Part shown: piece after piece, positions 1 to 10,636 of the stretch | Layout of the letters: every line of letters begins with the position of its first letter | How positions within the stretch are numbered: the first letter of the stretch is position 1 | Origin: Ignavibacteriota bacterium | Lineage (GTDB): Bacteria; Bacteroidota; Ignavibacteria; UBA10030; UBA6906 | Length of the DNA: 64,000 bases | Assembly (NCBI GenBank): GCA_963801355.1 | Contig: CAWDEM010000008.1 | Span: 2,944,001 to 3,008,000 of the forward strand | Reading direction: 5' to 3' | Notes under the pieces: generated by a model | What the model was told of the DNA's origin: nothing | The model's database searches: none | What the model saw: the letters and a program-made list of their open reading frames with translations, nothing else | Position numbers and translations under genes: made by a program

Positions 1-380
1 TGCAGCACATCGGACTGAAAGAACACCAGCCACTCCACGGGCTGGACCCGGTGCATCATGCTGGGGAGATGGAAGTGGGGCAGATGGAGGAGATAGCCGA
101 CAAGCAGCACCAAGAGGAGCCGGCCGAACTGCTGGTAGAGCGGAGCACCAAACGACAGGTACGCCCCGAGTTTGCGCCGTGTCGTCACCGCGTAAGCCAT
201 GCCGGAGGCAAACAGGAATGATGGGGCTACGAGTCCGTTGATAAAATTGATCAGTGCAAACAGCGAAGTGTCGCGCAGCCCGGGCAGGATAGTCGCATTA
301 ATGACATGCGTTTCAATCATCACGATCACTGCCCACCCGCGGAGGAGATCGATGAACGCCAGGCGTTTGGAGGGAGGCAT
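1..380 (-). CDS. DUF1624 / heparan-alpha-glucosaminide N-acetyltransferase-like membrane acyltransferase (partial, runs off the window start)
   Basis: Not in the ORF track. Manual translation from ATG at 380 gives MPPSKRLAFIDLLRGWAVIVMIETHVINA...GLVAPSFLFASG, matching the D-x-x-RG...H and P-x-FLF-x-SG motifs of the neighbouring paralog. Confidence 0.8.
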   Translation of the reverse strand, partial: MPPSKRLAFIDLLRGWAVIVMIETHVINATILPGLRDTSLFALINFINGLVAPSFLFASGMAYAVTTRRKLGAYLSFGAPLYQQFGRLLLVLLVGYLLHLPHFHLPSMMHRVQPVEWLVFFQSDVL

Positions 381-425
381 GCGAGTGCCCCTTCAACCTA
401 TTGATTCACCATGACAAGGGGAACA

Positions 426-485
426 GTGCTCGTTCCAACCACCGGAATTGTGATGCTCTGTACATTCATTTTGTTGGAACGGCAC
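426..485. repeat. Imperfect inverted repeat (REP-like hairpin)
   Basis: GTGCTCGTTCCAAC (426-439) pairs with GTTGGAACGGCAC (473-485), with one unpaired base. Confidence 0.5.
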
Positions 486-504
486 AAGTCACCTACGGGT
501 CACC

Positions 505-539
505 AATGAATAGAGAATCGGGAATTGAGAATTGGGGAT
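505..539. repeat. Five degenerate heptamers (NNNGAAT type)
   Basis: aatgaat-agagaat-cgggaat-tgagaat-tggggat in exact 7-nt register. Confidence 0.6.
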
Positions 540-561
540 GCGGCTCCACAATTCTTAACGC

Positions 562-1704
562 TTAGAACGGCTTGGTGAGGAAGAAATACAGCATCGAACT
601 TGTGAAACCGGCCTCGAAGATGCGCAGCTTCCAGTAGTGGCCCTCCCGCAATGCATGCCATGAACGGACCGTGGTCACCATGAGCAGCAGAACGCCGACT
701 GCCGCAGCGAGAGTCTGTGGCGGCGTGAGCTGTTGCCCGATGATCTGCATCAGACCATCGTTGGCCACCGAGCCGTAAACCAGCACGAGGTGGACGGCAT
801 AGACCAGCAACGAATTCTGTCCGAGGATGACCAGGTTCGACGCAAGCCATTCCGGCACACGCCGGAGAATGAAGAACGCCGTCGTGATCACTCCGATGAT
901 GCCGATGCGGATCAGGAAGAAGGATGGACTGACCTTCCAGAAATCGTGCGGCGGGTAGAGAGTCACCGGCACGAGATCGAAGGCCAGACCCGTCAATCCC
1001 AGGGCTACCCCCGTGCCGGCGAGGACCTTCAGGAACGACGCTTCGGCACCGCGGGCGCGGGCACGAAGGTACAACATGCCCGTCACCACCCCTGCACAGA
1101 GATATCCCGCATACGGAAAGAGCGGGAAGATGGACGGCACGTTCTGGTTGAAGTATGGCGCGAGCACGGGAGAAAAGACGCTGCTGAAATCCACCTGCCA
1201 GACGATTGGACCGAGGATCACAATGCCGGCGGCGATTGCCCCAACCACGCGCATGAACCGCTCCGGCGTTCTTGCGAGCGCGATCAAACCATGGAGCATC
1301 ACCATGGTCACCACGAGGCAGTGGAGGATATCCACCTGGAACATCATGGCATACTGTTCAGGACGGGTGTCGTGGAGGATCTTGTTGAGCGAAAAGAACG
1401 GGAAGTGCAGGGCGTAGCCAAGAGCTAGAAGCCAGAACAAACGGGTGATCCGTTTCCGCGCCTGGACACCGAATGCGGCGTAGTCGTTCCAGCGGCGCAT
1501 CGCCACCACGGCGAACGCAAAACCCGAGATGAACAGGAACAGAGGTGCTGTGAAACCCCGTGCGGCATCATACACCCGGAACGCATCGGTGCCGCGGACT
1601 TGCTGGCTCAGGACCGCATCGATGCTGTGCCCCAACACCATCACGACGACGGCGAAGCCGCGCATGAAATCAAGGGATTGTATGCGACGCGTAGTAGGAT
1701 GCAC
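562..1704 (-). CDS. DUF1624 / acyltransferase-3-like polytopic membrane protein
   Basis: RIQSLDFMRGFAVVVMVLGH, APLFLFISG, DILHC, FPLFPY and LGQNSLLVYAVH motifs; many hydrophobic segments. Confidence 0.8.
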   Translation of the reverse strand: MHPTTRRIQSLDFMRGFAVVVMVLGHSIDAVLSQQVRGTDAFRVYDAARGFTAPLFLFISGFAFAVVAMRRWNDYAAFGVQARKRITRLFWLLALGYALHFPFFSLNKILHDTRPEQYAMMFQVDILHCLVVTMVMLHGLIALARTPERFMRVVGAIAAGIVILGPIVWQVDFSSVFSPVLAPYFNQNVPSIFPLFPYAGYLCAGVVTGMLYLRARARGAEASFLKVLAGTGVALGLTGLAFDLVPVTLYPPHDFWKVSPSFFLIRIGIIGVITTAFFILRRVPEWLASNLVILGQNSLLVYAVHLVLVYGSVANDGLMQIIGQQLTPPQTLAAAVGVLLLMVTTVRSWHALREGHYWKLRIFEAGFTSSMLYFFLTKPF

Positions 1705-1774
1705 GGGTGTAATGGTGGCTGCGGGGATCTACTGTACGGGGTGTACCAATCGTGAATGCAACACGGAGAGGAGG

Positions 1775-2155
1775 TTACTTCTCACCGATTTTCTCCTTGA
1801 TGACACGCTCCAATTCGTCTATATCCACAGGCTTGGTGACATAAGCCGCACCGCCGATCTCCCTGCCGAACTTCTTGGCGTAGTAGTCATCCACGGAAGT
1901 CAGGAACACAAACGGCAGTTTTGCGAATTCCTTGGCCTTTTTGACCTGCTCGAACAACTCAAAGCCGTTCGTTCCGGGCATGACGAGATCCGAGACAACA
2001 ATGCTGGGTTTCAGGCGCCGGATGGCTTTGATCGCATCATCCGCACCGCCTGCGGTCTTCACCGAGAAGCCGCGGTCGGCAAGCCCGGCTTTCGTCGTGC
2101 TCAGCACGGCCGGCTCATCGTCCACCAGAAGTACAAGTTTGTCTTTCAGCATCAT
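1775..2155 (-). CDS. Single-domain response regulator (CheY-like receiver)
   Basis: LLVDDE, SDLVMPGTNG (phospho-Asp), FLTS and YVTKP motifs. Confidence 0.92.
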   Translation of the reverse strand: MMLKDKLVLLVDDEPAVLSTTKAGLADRGFSVKTAGGADDAIKAIRRLKPSIVVSDLVMPGTNGFELFEQVKKAKEFAKLPFVFLTSVDDYYAKKFGREIGGAAYVTKPVDIDELERVIKEKIGEK

Positions 2156-2199
2156 AGCCTCGGTACCGGAACCTTCTATTTTACAAATATGGCCATTTC

Positions 2200-3516
2200 T
2201 TATTTCAATTGCAACGCACGGGCGGCCATTGTTGCCGCGCGTTGACCGCTCACAATCGCTCCCTCAATCGTTGCGGGGAGCCCCGTGTCTGTCCAGTCAC
2301 CCGCAAGAAATAGATTGAAAATGCCGGTTTCCGCTCCAGGACGGCGATTTTCATTTCCCGGCGTGGGGGCAAATGTGGCCTTGCGCTCACGGATGACCAG
2401 GACATGCGATGGCTCCTGCACGGCCCCGCCGAACACGCTGCGGAGGTCCTCCAGCGCTATCCCGGCAAGTTCATCATTCGTCAGCCCGGCAAACCTGTAT
2501 GCGGCGCTGATGACCAGCGAGAGGTGTCGCTCCCGGCGAAACACCCATTGAATGCGCTTGCCGATCAGTCCTACGGCCTCACGGTCCATGAACCCATGAT
2601 CCATCCAGAGATGGATGCCGATGATCGGCGACGCTGCGGCTTCACTCATCGTGGAGAACCCGGATGCGACGGATTCGGGAAGGAGCTGCGGGAGCTGCAT
2701 CGCCGGAACGGCAAGGATGACCGCGGAGCATCGCACCCTTTCCCCGTCTCTCAAAACGACTTCTGTTGCGCTGCCGTTCTGCACGATGACCTGTGCGACG
2801 CCGGCATTGCAGCGCACTTCCCCTCCATGCCCCCCGATATATGCTGCCGCCGGTCCGGCAAAGAGACGGCTCAGCCCGGCGCGCGGAAAGACCAGCGCCG
2901 CGTCGCGTCGATGCCGCAGGAACGCTTGCCGGAGAGCGTCCAGAAAAAGACGGGCGGGGGCGCGGTCGATACTTTCATTCATGATGGCAACAGCCAGCGG
3001 TTCCCAGAAACAGCGGCGCACCTCTCCGGATTGACGGTGGGAATCCAACCATTGTGCAATCGTCATTCCCGCCGCCTGTACCGAATGCTCCTCCAGGAGC
3101 GCCCCCCCGCCGCGCAGCAATGCAAACCGGTCCCGGAGCGACAGCATCGGCGTACTGAGGATGGCCCACGCAAAATGCAACGGGGAAGGGAGAGGAGGCA
3201 ACCGGAAGTCGACGAATCCGCGCACGGGGTGATGGAACGACAGGACGGGCTGTTTCTGCACATCAATAAGGTGCTGCGAACCAATGCGGGAGAGCAGTGC
3301 CAGAGTGTGGGTGTAGCCGGCAATCAGAAGGTGTTGCCCGTTGTCGACTTCGTCGTTCGTGGGAGGATGCTGGAAGGAGCGTGCCCGCCCGCCGGGGGCA
3401 GGCGCTTGTTCCAGGAGGAGCACGGGGACCCCCGAACCGGAAAGCTCAACGCCGGCCGCGAGCCCGCTGAGCCCGCCGCCGACAATTATGACCGGATGGC
3501 GTGTGCGCGCTGCCAC
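2200..3516 (-). CDS. hpnE: Hydroxysqualene dehydroxylase HpnE (FAD-dependent)
   Basis: GGGLSGLAAG FAD motif, GGRARS, DNGQHLL, LAGDWTDTGLPATIEGA; follows hpnC-hpnD. Start trimmed to GTG at 3516. Confidence 0.9.
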   Translation of the reverse strand: MAARTRHPVIIVGGGLSGLAAGVELSGSGVPVLLLEQAPAPGGRARSFQHPPTNDEVDNGQHLLIAGYTHTLALLSRIGSQHLIDVQKQPVLSFHHPVRGFVDFRLPPLPSPLHFAWAILSTPMLSLRDRFALLRGGGALLEEHSVQAAGMTIAQWLDSHRQSGEVRRCFWEPLAVAIMNESIDRAPARLFLDALRQAFLRHRRDAALVFPRAGLSRLFAGPAAAYIGGHGGEVRCNAGVAQVIVQNGSATEVVLRDGERVRCSAVILAVPAMQLPQLLPESVASGFSTMSEAAASPIIGIHLWMDHGFMDREAVGLIGKRIQWVFRRERHLSLVISAAYRFAGLTNDELAGIALEDLRSVFGGAVQEPSHVLVIRERKATFAPTPGNENRRPGAETGIFNLFLAGDWTDTGLPATIEGAIVSGQRAATMAARALQLK

Positions 3517-4376
3517 GGGGACCCGCGTATCAGCCGGGAGTACTTCAGCTTGTGGCTCAACCAGTAACGGAAGGTGATCAGCACCTTGAGCAGCTTTGAG
3601 ATGGAAATGCGCCGCTCGAACACATTGTAGTTGGAGTCGCTGATCCGGTTCAACGTGTGGGCATAGATGGACCACATGATACGCGCCGCAAAGAAGAATC
3701 CCTTGTCCTCATCCTTCAGCGCGGCCCGGGAAATGTCGAAATACTGGCGCGCCCGTTCACACTCAAACCGCATCAGCTCTACGAACGCCGGCGTATAGCG
3801 CAGTTGAAGGATATCCTCCTCACTCACGCCGAATCGGTTCAGATCTTCCAGCGGGAGATAGATACGGCCGCGGCGTGCATCGTCCGCTACGTCGCGGAGT
3901 ATGTTGGTGAGCTGCAGCGCAATCCCCAGGTTGATGGCATAGTCCCGCGTGGACTCATTCCGGTACCCGAATATCTTCCGGCACATCAGGCCCACGGAGG
4001 ACGCAACGAGATAGCAGTACTCACGCAGTTCGTCAAACGTGCGGTAGCGCGTTTTCACGAGATCGATTTCCATGCCGTGTATCAGCTCGTAAAAATGCTC
4101 TACCGGGATATTGAACAGGCTGGCAGTGGCACTCAACTGGTTGAGGAGCGGAAACGTCGAGGTACCGCGCAGTGCGCGCCCCAGTTCCATCCTCCATCTC
4201 CTGAGGAGTACTCCCTTGTTCTGTTCGGGGCGCTCCTCATCCACGATATCGTCGGTGTAGCGGCAGAACGCGTAAACGGTATGAATCGCCTCTCTCTTCT
4301 GCTTTGGCAGAAGGGAAAATGAGTAGTAGAAGCTGGTGTTGCTGCTTCGCGTTATGGCTGTTGCCGATACACTCAT
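3486..4376 (-). CDS. hpnD: Presqualene diphosphate synthase HpnD (squalene/phytoene synthase family)
   Basis: SFYYSFSLLP, YAFCRYTDDIVD, LQLTNILRDVADDARRGRIYLP motifs. Confidence 0.88.
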   Translation of the reverse strand: MSVSATAITRSSNTSFYYSFSLLPKQKREAIHTVYAFCRYTDDIVDEERPEQNKGVLLRRWRMELGRALRGTSTFPLLNQLSATASLFNIPVEHFYELIHGMEIDLVKTRYRTFDELREYCYLVASSVGLMCRKIFGYRNESTRDYAINLGIALQLTNILRDVADDARRGRIYLPLEDLNRFGVSEEDILQLRYTPAFVELMRFECERARQYFDISRAALKDEDKGFFFAARIMWSIYAHTLNRISDSNYNVFERRISISKLLKVLITFRYWLSHKLKYSRLIRGSPWQRAHAIRS

Positions 4377-5242
4377 TGCATCCGTCCAAAGACCGCGTTG
4401 AAAACGACTGCCGCCTTGTCGACGATCCTCAAGGTCGGGCGATGATGCAGGACGTCGTATCCCCCGGCTTCAATCCGCCTCAGAATCGCCAATCCACCGC
4501 CCATGGTCAGCGCCAGCTCGCGCCGCAACCGCCCCCCGACTCTCCCCGGTAACGATTTCCCGGCACAGAGGAACTCCCGCGTCCTTCTCACCTGAAATTC
4601 CATCAGAGCGCGAAAGCGGTCATCCATGACTCTTGCCGTGAGATCTTCTTCAGTATACCCAAATTGCCTGAGATCCTCAAGGGGGACGTAGAGGCGTCCC
4701 TTCAACCAGTCAACATGAAGATCCTGCCAGAAATTCGCCAGCTGCAGGCCTGTGCAAATACTATCGGAAAGCGCAACATTTTCGGTCGTCGCCTCCCCGA
4801 AGAGATGCAATACAAGCACTCCAATCGGATTCGCCGAATGCCGGCAATAGTGGAGGAGATCATTGAACGTCACATACCGGCTGGTGGTGACATCCATCCG
4901 GAAAGCCTTCAGAAGGTCTGCGAGCGGTGCCTTGGGAAGGCCTGTGCGTGCCGCGGTTTCGGCAAGAGCAATGAACACCTGGGTATCGGCCTCACCACGG
5001 TACGAGGCGTCAAGCCGGCTTTCCCAATCGTCGAGCCGGCGCAGGCGCTCTTCTGAGGAGATGTTCCCCTCGTCGGCAAAGTCGTCCGCGGTCCGCGCAA
5101 AGGCGTAGATCGCCGCGACATACGGGCGCTGCTGTCCCGGCAACAGGAGTGATGCCACGGGGAAGTTCTCGTAGTGGGCCCGCGCCATCTGTTCGCAATA
5201 CGCAAACGCCGCCCGAATGGTGTCCTGTGTCTGTTTGGCCAT
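4373..5242 (-). CDS. hpnC: Hydroxysqualene synthase HpnC
   Basis: HYENFPVAS, IYAFARTADDFADEG, YCRHSANPIG, LQLANFWQD motifs typical of HpnC. Confidence 0.92.
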   Translation of the reverse strand: MAKQTQDTIRAAFAYCEQMARAHYENFPVASLLLPGQQRPYVAAIYAFARTADDFADEGNISSEERLRRLDDWESRLDASYRGEADTQVFIALAETAARTGLPKAPLADLLKAFRMDVTTSRYVTFNDLLHYCRHSANPIGVLVLHLFGEATTENVALSDSICTGLQLANFWQDLHVDWLKGRLYVPLEDLRQFGYTEEDLTARVMDDRFRALMEFQVRRTREFLCAGKSLPGRVGGRLRRELALTMGGGLAILRRIEAGGYDVLHHRPTLRIVDKAAVVFNAVFGRMQ

Positions 5243-5283
5243 TTCTGAAGGTAACCAACCCCCCTTTCAGTCTCAACCTCACC

Positions 5284-5312
5284 TTGCTCTTTTTCACTTT
5301 TTGCCGTATATT
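5284..5312 (+). promoter_or_regulatory. Sigma70-like promoter for the tRNA-tilS-hpt-ftsH operon
   Basis: TTGCTC-17 nt-TATATT, 16 nt upstream of the tRNA. Confidence 0.6.
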
Positions 5313-5328
5313 TTTAGATGCCATTCGT

Positions 5329-5402
5329 GGCGGGATAGCTCAGTCGGTCAGAGCAGTGGAATCATAATCCACGTGTCGGGGGTTCGAATCCCTCTCCCGC
5401 TA
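5329..5402 (+). tRNA. tRNA with CAT anticodon, most likely elongator tRNA-Met; CCA not encoded
   Basis: Acceptor stem GGCGGGA/TCCCGCT plus discriminator A; D arm TAGCTCAGTCGGTCAGAGC; anticodon arm GTGGA-ATCATAA-TCCAC; T loop GGTTCGAATCC. Confidence 0.95.
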
Positions 5403-5413
5403 CTTTTCTTTTT

Positions 5414-6844
5414 ATGGACGGTTACACGACCTTTTCCGCCCGATTTTGTGAATTTGTACAAGCCCGCAGCCTCCTGCGGACCGGGGATAGGCTTGTTGTA
5501 GCGGTCAGCGGAGGCGTGGATTCCGTTGTTCTTTTGCATCTTCTCGCGGACCAGCGTAGCCGTTGGGAGTTGTGGATATCGGTCGCACACTTCAATCATG
5601 GTCTACGGCCCGGGGCGGCGGAAGAGGACGAGGCATTTGTCAGCCGGCTGGCGGCCAGCTACGGGTTCCCCCTATCTATCGGGCGGGGGGCAGTCGAAGA
5701 AGAGGCACGGAAGTCCGGACGGGGCATCGAGGATGCCGCCCGCACGTTGCGGTATGCGTTTCTCGAAGAGGCAAGGGTATCCACGGACAGCAACCGCATC
5801 GCCACAGGCCACAACGCCGACGATAATGCAGAGACCGTTCTGCTCAATCTCTTGCGGGGAAGTGGATTGCGGGGACTGGCGGGAATCCCGGTTGTCCGGG
5901 ATGAAGGGCGGATTGTGCGGCCACTGCTCTTTGCCACCAGGGAAGAAATCGCGGCATTCGCCGGTACAGCCGGCCTCGAGTGGAGAGAAGACGCGTCAAA
6001 TGCCACGGACGCTCACCGCCGGAATATTGTCCGGCATCATCTTCTCCCCGTCGCGCGCGAGAAGATAAATCCGGGCGTCGCGCGCACACTGTTGCGCACG
6101 GCAGAGCTATTCGGTGAGCTCGACAGCTACATCGCGGAAATTGCGCGCGCAGGTCTCGAAAAGGTAACCATCTGCCGCACCGGCCGGGAGATGCGCCTCT
6201 CATGTCCGCGCCTCCTGTCGTATCCGGCAGTGGTACAGGATTCTGTGCTCCGGCTGGCTGTGCAGGAGTATGCTGGAGTGAGCCTGACCTTCGACCGCGT
6301 TGCTGCGCTTGCAGGATTGCTCCAGCAGCAAACAGGCCGTGTTGTTGAGCTGGGCGGCAACTGGAGTGCGAGCCGGGCAGGAGAGGAGATCGTCATTGCA
6401 CCCGTGGCGCCAGGCACGCCTTTCAGCCTGCCGGTCTGGATGGGGACTCCCTGTCTGATCCCTGGCGGCCGCATCGAGGCGACGCTGACGGAAAGGCCCA
6501 TCGCGCCCGGCGCTCACGGTGCAGAAATGGAATATGTGGACGCAGGGCTGACAGGTACGGAAGGACTCGTGGTGCGATCCTGGAAGGAGGGAGATTCGTT
6601 TGTCCCTCTCGGCATGAGCGGCCACAAGAATGTCAGTGACCTGCTCAACGAAGTGGGGATCCCGTCGTCCCGGAAAGAGGGGTATCCCCTGTTGACCGCC
6701 GCCGGCGGGGAAATCATCTGGGTGTGCGGCGTCCGCCTCGGTGAGCGTTTCAAAATACGCGACACGACGCGCCTCGTGCTTAGACTGACATATCAACGTT
6801 TGGTGGAAGACCTGCATGGTGAAGCAAGTAAAGATCAATGGTGA
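5414..6844 (+). CDS. tilS: tRNA(Ile)-lysidine synthetase
   Basis: AVSGGVDS PP-loop, HFNHGLR, ARTLRYAF, TGHNADDNAETVLLNLLRGSG, RPLL, plus TilS C-terminal domain. Confidence 0.96.
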   Translation: MDGYTTFSARFCEFVQARSLLRTGDRLVVAVSGGVDSVVLLHLLADQRSRWELWISVAHFNHGLRPGAAEEDEAFVSRLAASYGFPLSIGRGAVEEEARKSGRGIEDAARTLRYAFLEEARVSTDSNRIATGHNADDNAETVLLNLLRGSGLRGLAGIPVVRDEGRIVRPLLFATREEIAAFAGTAGLEWREDASNATDAHRRNIVRHHLLPVAREKINPGVARTLLRTAELFGELDSYIAEIARAGLEKVTICRTGREMRLSCPRLLSYPAVVQDSVLRLAVQEYAGVSLTFDRVAALAGLLQQQTGRVVELGGNWSASRAGEEIVIAPVAPGTPFSLPVWMGTPCLIPGGRIEATLTERPIAPGAHGAEMEYVDAGLTGTEGLVVRSWKEGDSFVPLGMSGHKNVSDLLNEVGIPSSRKEGYPLLTAAGGEIIWVCGVRLGERFKIRDTTRLVLRLTYQRLVEDLHGEASKDQW

Positions 6845-7358
6845 GACCTTCGTCCCGATGATCAGCGAGCGGAGGATCAAGACGCGGGTCCGGGAGCTTG
6901 CCAGGAAGATCAGCAAGGATTACCGGGGCAAAGTGCCTGTGTTCATCGGCATTCTCAACGGATCGTTCATATTTTTCGCGGATCTCATCCGGGAAATCAC
7001 CATCGATTGCGAAGTTGATTTTCTCAAACTGTCCAGTTACGGCGACACAAAGATCAGTTCCGGGAACGTCCGGCTGTTGAAGGACCTGAATTGCCAGGTG
7101 GAGGGCCGCGACATCATTGTCGTTGAAGATATTGTGGATTCCGGCGTATCGATGCAGTATATACATAGTCTGATCACGCCCCAGAACCCCGCTTCGTTCA
7201 AAATTGTTACGTTGCTATACAAACCCAAGTCCGACAAAACCAATGTTCAGTTGGACTATGTGGGCTTCACCATCCCGCCCGATTATGTCGTGGGCTACGG
7301 CCTGGACTACGCCCAGCGGGAACGAAACCTGAAATCGATATACAAGCTGAAAGCGTGA
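6816..7358 (+). CDS. hpt: Hypoxanthine phosphoribosyltransferase
   Basis: [33 protein letters not shown] motif, VVGYGLDY. Confidence 0.96.
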   Translation: MVKQVKINGETFVPMISERRIKTRVRELARKISKDYRGKVPVFIGILNGSFIFFADLIREITIDCEVDFLKLSSYGDTKISSGNVRLLKDLNCQVEGRDIIVVEDIVDSGVSMQYIHSLITPQNPASFKIVTLLYKPKSDKTNVQLDYVGFTIPPDYVVGYGLDYAQRERNLKSIYKLKA

Positions 7359-7365
7359 ACGCAGT

Positions 7366-9380
<2,015 letters not shown>

Positions 9381-9384
<4 letters not shown>

Positions 9385-10052
9385 ACGAGCTTGCCAGCGT
9401 CGAGGAGAGCTACAGCACCGAGATCATTCGCAAGAGTATTCACCTGATCTCGCTCTCCATTCCGGTGATCTATTACTTCATCCCGCGCAGCACGGCGCTG
9501 GCGATCCTCATACCCCTCGCACTGGTGTTCGGACTCTCGGACCTTGCCCGTCTGCACATCCCGGCGGTGGGGTCAATCTACAACCGCTTCTTCGGGTTTC
9601 TGCTCCGGCGCCATGAATCGCGGAGCGCAAAACCGCGCTTGAATGGCGCCACATTCGTCCTGCTCTCCGCGGTCATCTGCGTCTGGTTCTTCCCGAAAGT
9701 TATCGTTGTCACAGCATTCTCGATTCTCATCATCTCCGATTCTGCCGCCGCACTGATCGGCCGGCGGTACGGACGCCACAGGTTCCTCGGCAAATCACTC
9801 GAAGGCACAACTGCATTCCTCATCACTGCGCTGCTCGTTGTCGCTGTGGCACCCAAGATCGGTTATTACCCCGCCGAGTATCTTCTCGGATCCATCGCCG
9901 CGGTTGTCGGCTCCATTGTCGAGGCGGTCTCGGGGGAGACACTCGATGACAATCTCTCCATTCCCATCAGCATCAGTGTCGTGATGTGGCTTCTCTACAC
10001 GCTCCTGCTTCCCATGGTGAATGTCTGGGCTCTGGACGGGATCATCTCATGA
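9381..10052 (+). CDS. SEC59/DGK1/VTE5-family CTP-dependent lipid kinase (dolichol/phytol kinase-like)
   Basis: RKSIHL, SDSAAALIGRRYG...KSLEGT and DDNLSIP motifs; multiple TM segments. Confidence 0.85.
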
Positions 10053-10516
10053 GATTCTACCTCTCCGGCGGCATGGAATATGCGTCAGATGAAGGACGCG
10101 ACTGGCGCAGCCAGATGCAGACGTGGCTCGAAGGGGAGCTCCATGCGACGGTCTTCAACCCGAATGTCGAAAGCGCGAAGGTGTTTTCCACCCGCCACGC
10201 CGGAGTGAACTTCCGGGCTCTGAAGACGGCGGATCCGGCGCGCTACCGGATGATCGCCGCGGAGCTCGTAGACCTCGACTGCCGGGAGATTGCCGACCAT
10301 TCGGATGTTGTGATTTGCTTCTGGGACGCCTCCGCCATGCGCGGCGCAGGGACCAAAGGGGAGCTGACAATGGCAAGGTACTGCCACAAACCGGTCTATA
10401 TGGTCACCACGATGCCCGAATCAGAAATCCCGGGATGGGTTCTGGGATGCGTGACGAGGATGTTCCGGGGATTTGAGGAGCTGAAAGGGTACTTGAAGAG
10501 ATGGCACTGGGCATGA
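10049..10516 (+). CDS. Nucleoside 2-deoxyribosyltransferase-like protein
   Basis: Starts at an ATGA overlap (10049). YLSGGM...WR...VFNP...D...SDVVI...GTKGEL...KPVY is the pattern of the NDT/Rcl fold. Confidence 0.65.
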   Translation: MRFYLSGGMEYASDEGRDWRSQMQTWLEGELHATVFNPNVESAKVFSTRHAGVNFRALKTADPARYRMIAAELVDLDCREIADHSDVVICFWDASAMRGAGTKGELTMARYCHKPVYMVTTMPESEIPGWVLGCVTRMFRGFEELKGYLKRWHWA

Positions 10517-10636
10517 GGCAATAGGCAAGATAGGGGTCTGTGCCAATGCTAGGCACTGCGGCACGAGGCCTCTACCTCTTGCCCAATGCCTAGCGCCTAG
10601 TGCCTCTTCCTCACGCCCCGTGCCTAGCTCTGCCTG
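10503..10636. repeat. Inverted heptamer array, copy A (GGCANNN block then TGCCNNN block)
   Basis: ggcactg-ggcatga-ggcaata-ggcaaga ... tgcccaa-tgcctag-cgcctag-tgcctct ... cgccccg-tgcctag, between convergent stop codons. Confidence 0.85.

Noticed and set aside
3517-3675. N-terminal extensions on hpnE (also on the amidohydrolase, M50 protease, dctP and response regulator ORFs)
   Set aside because: Longest-ORF artefacts overlapping upstream genes or intergenic DNA; better-supported downstream starts exist.
5329-5420. tRNA as an integration site for an island
   Set aside because: It is followed directly by housekeeping tilS; no integrase, and I saw no duplicated tRNA 3' end.
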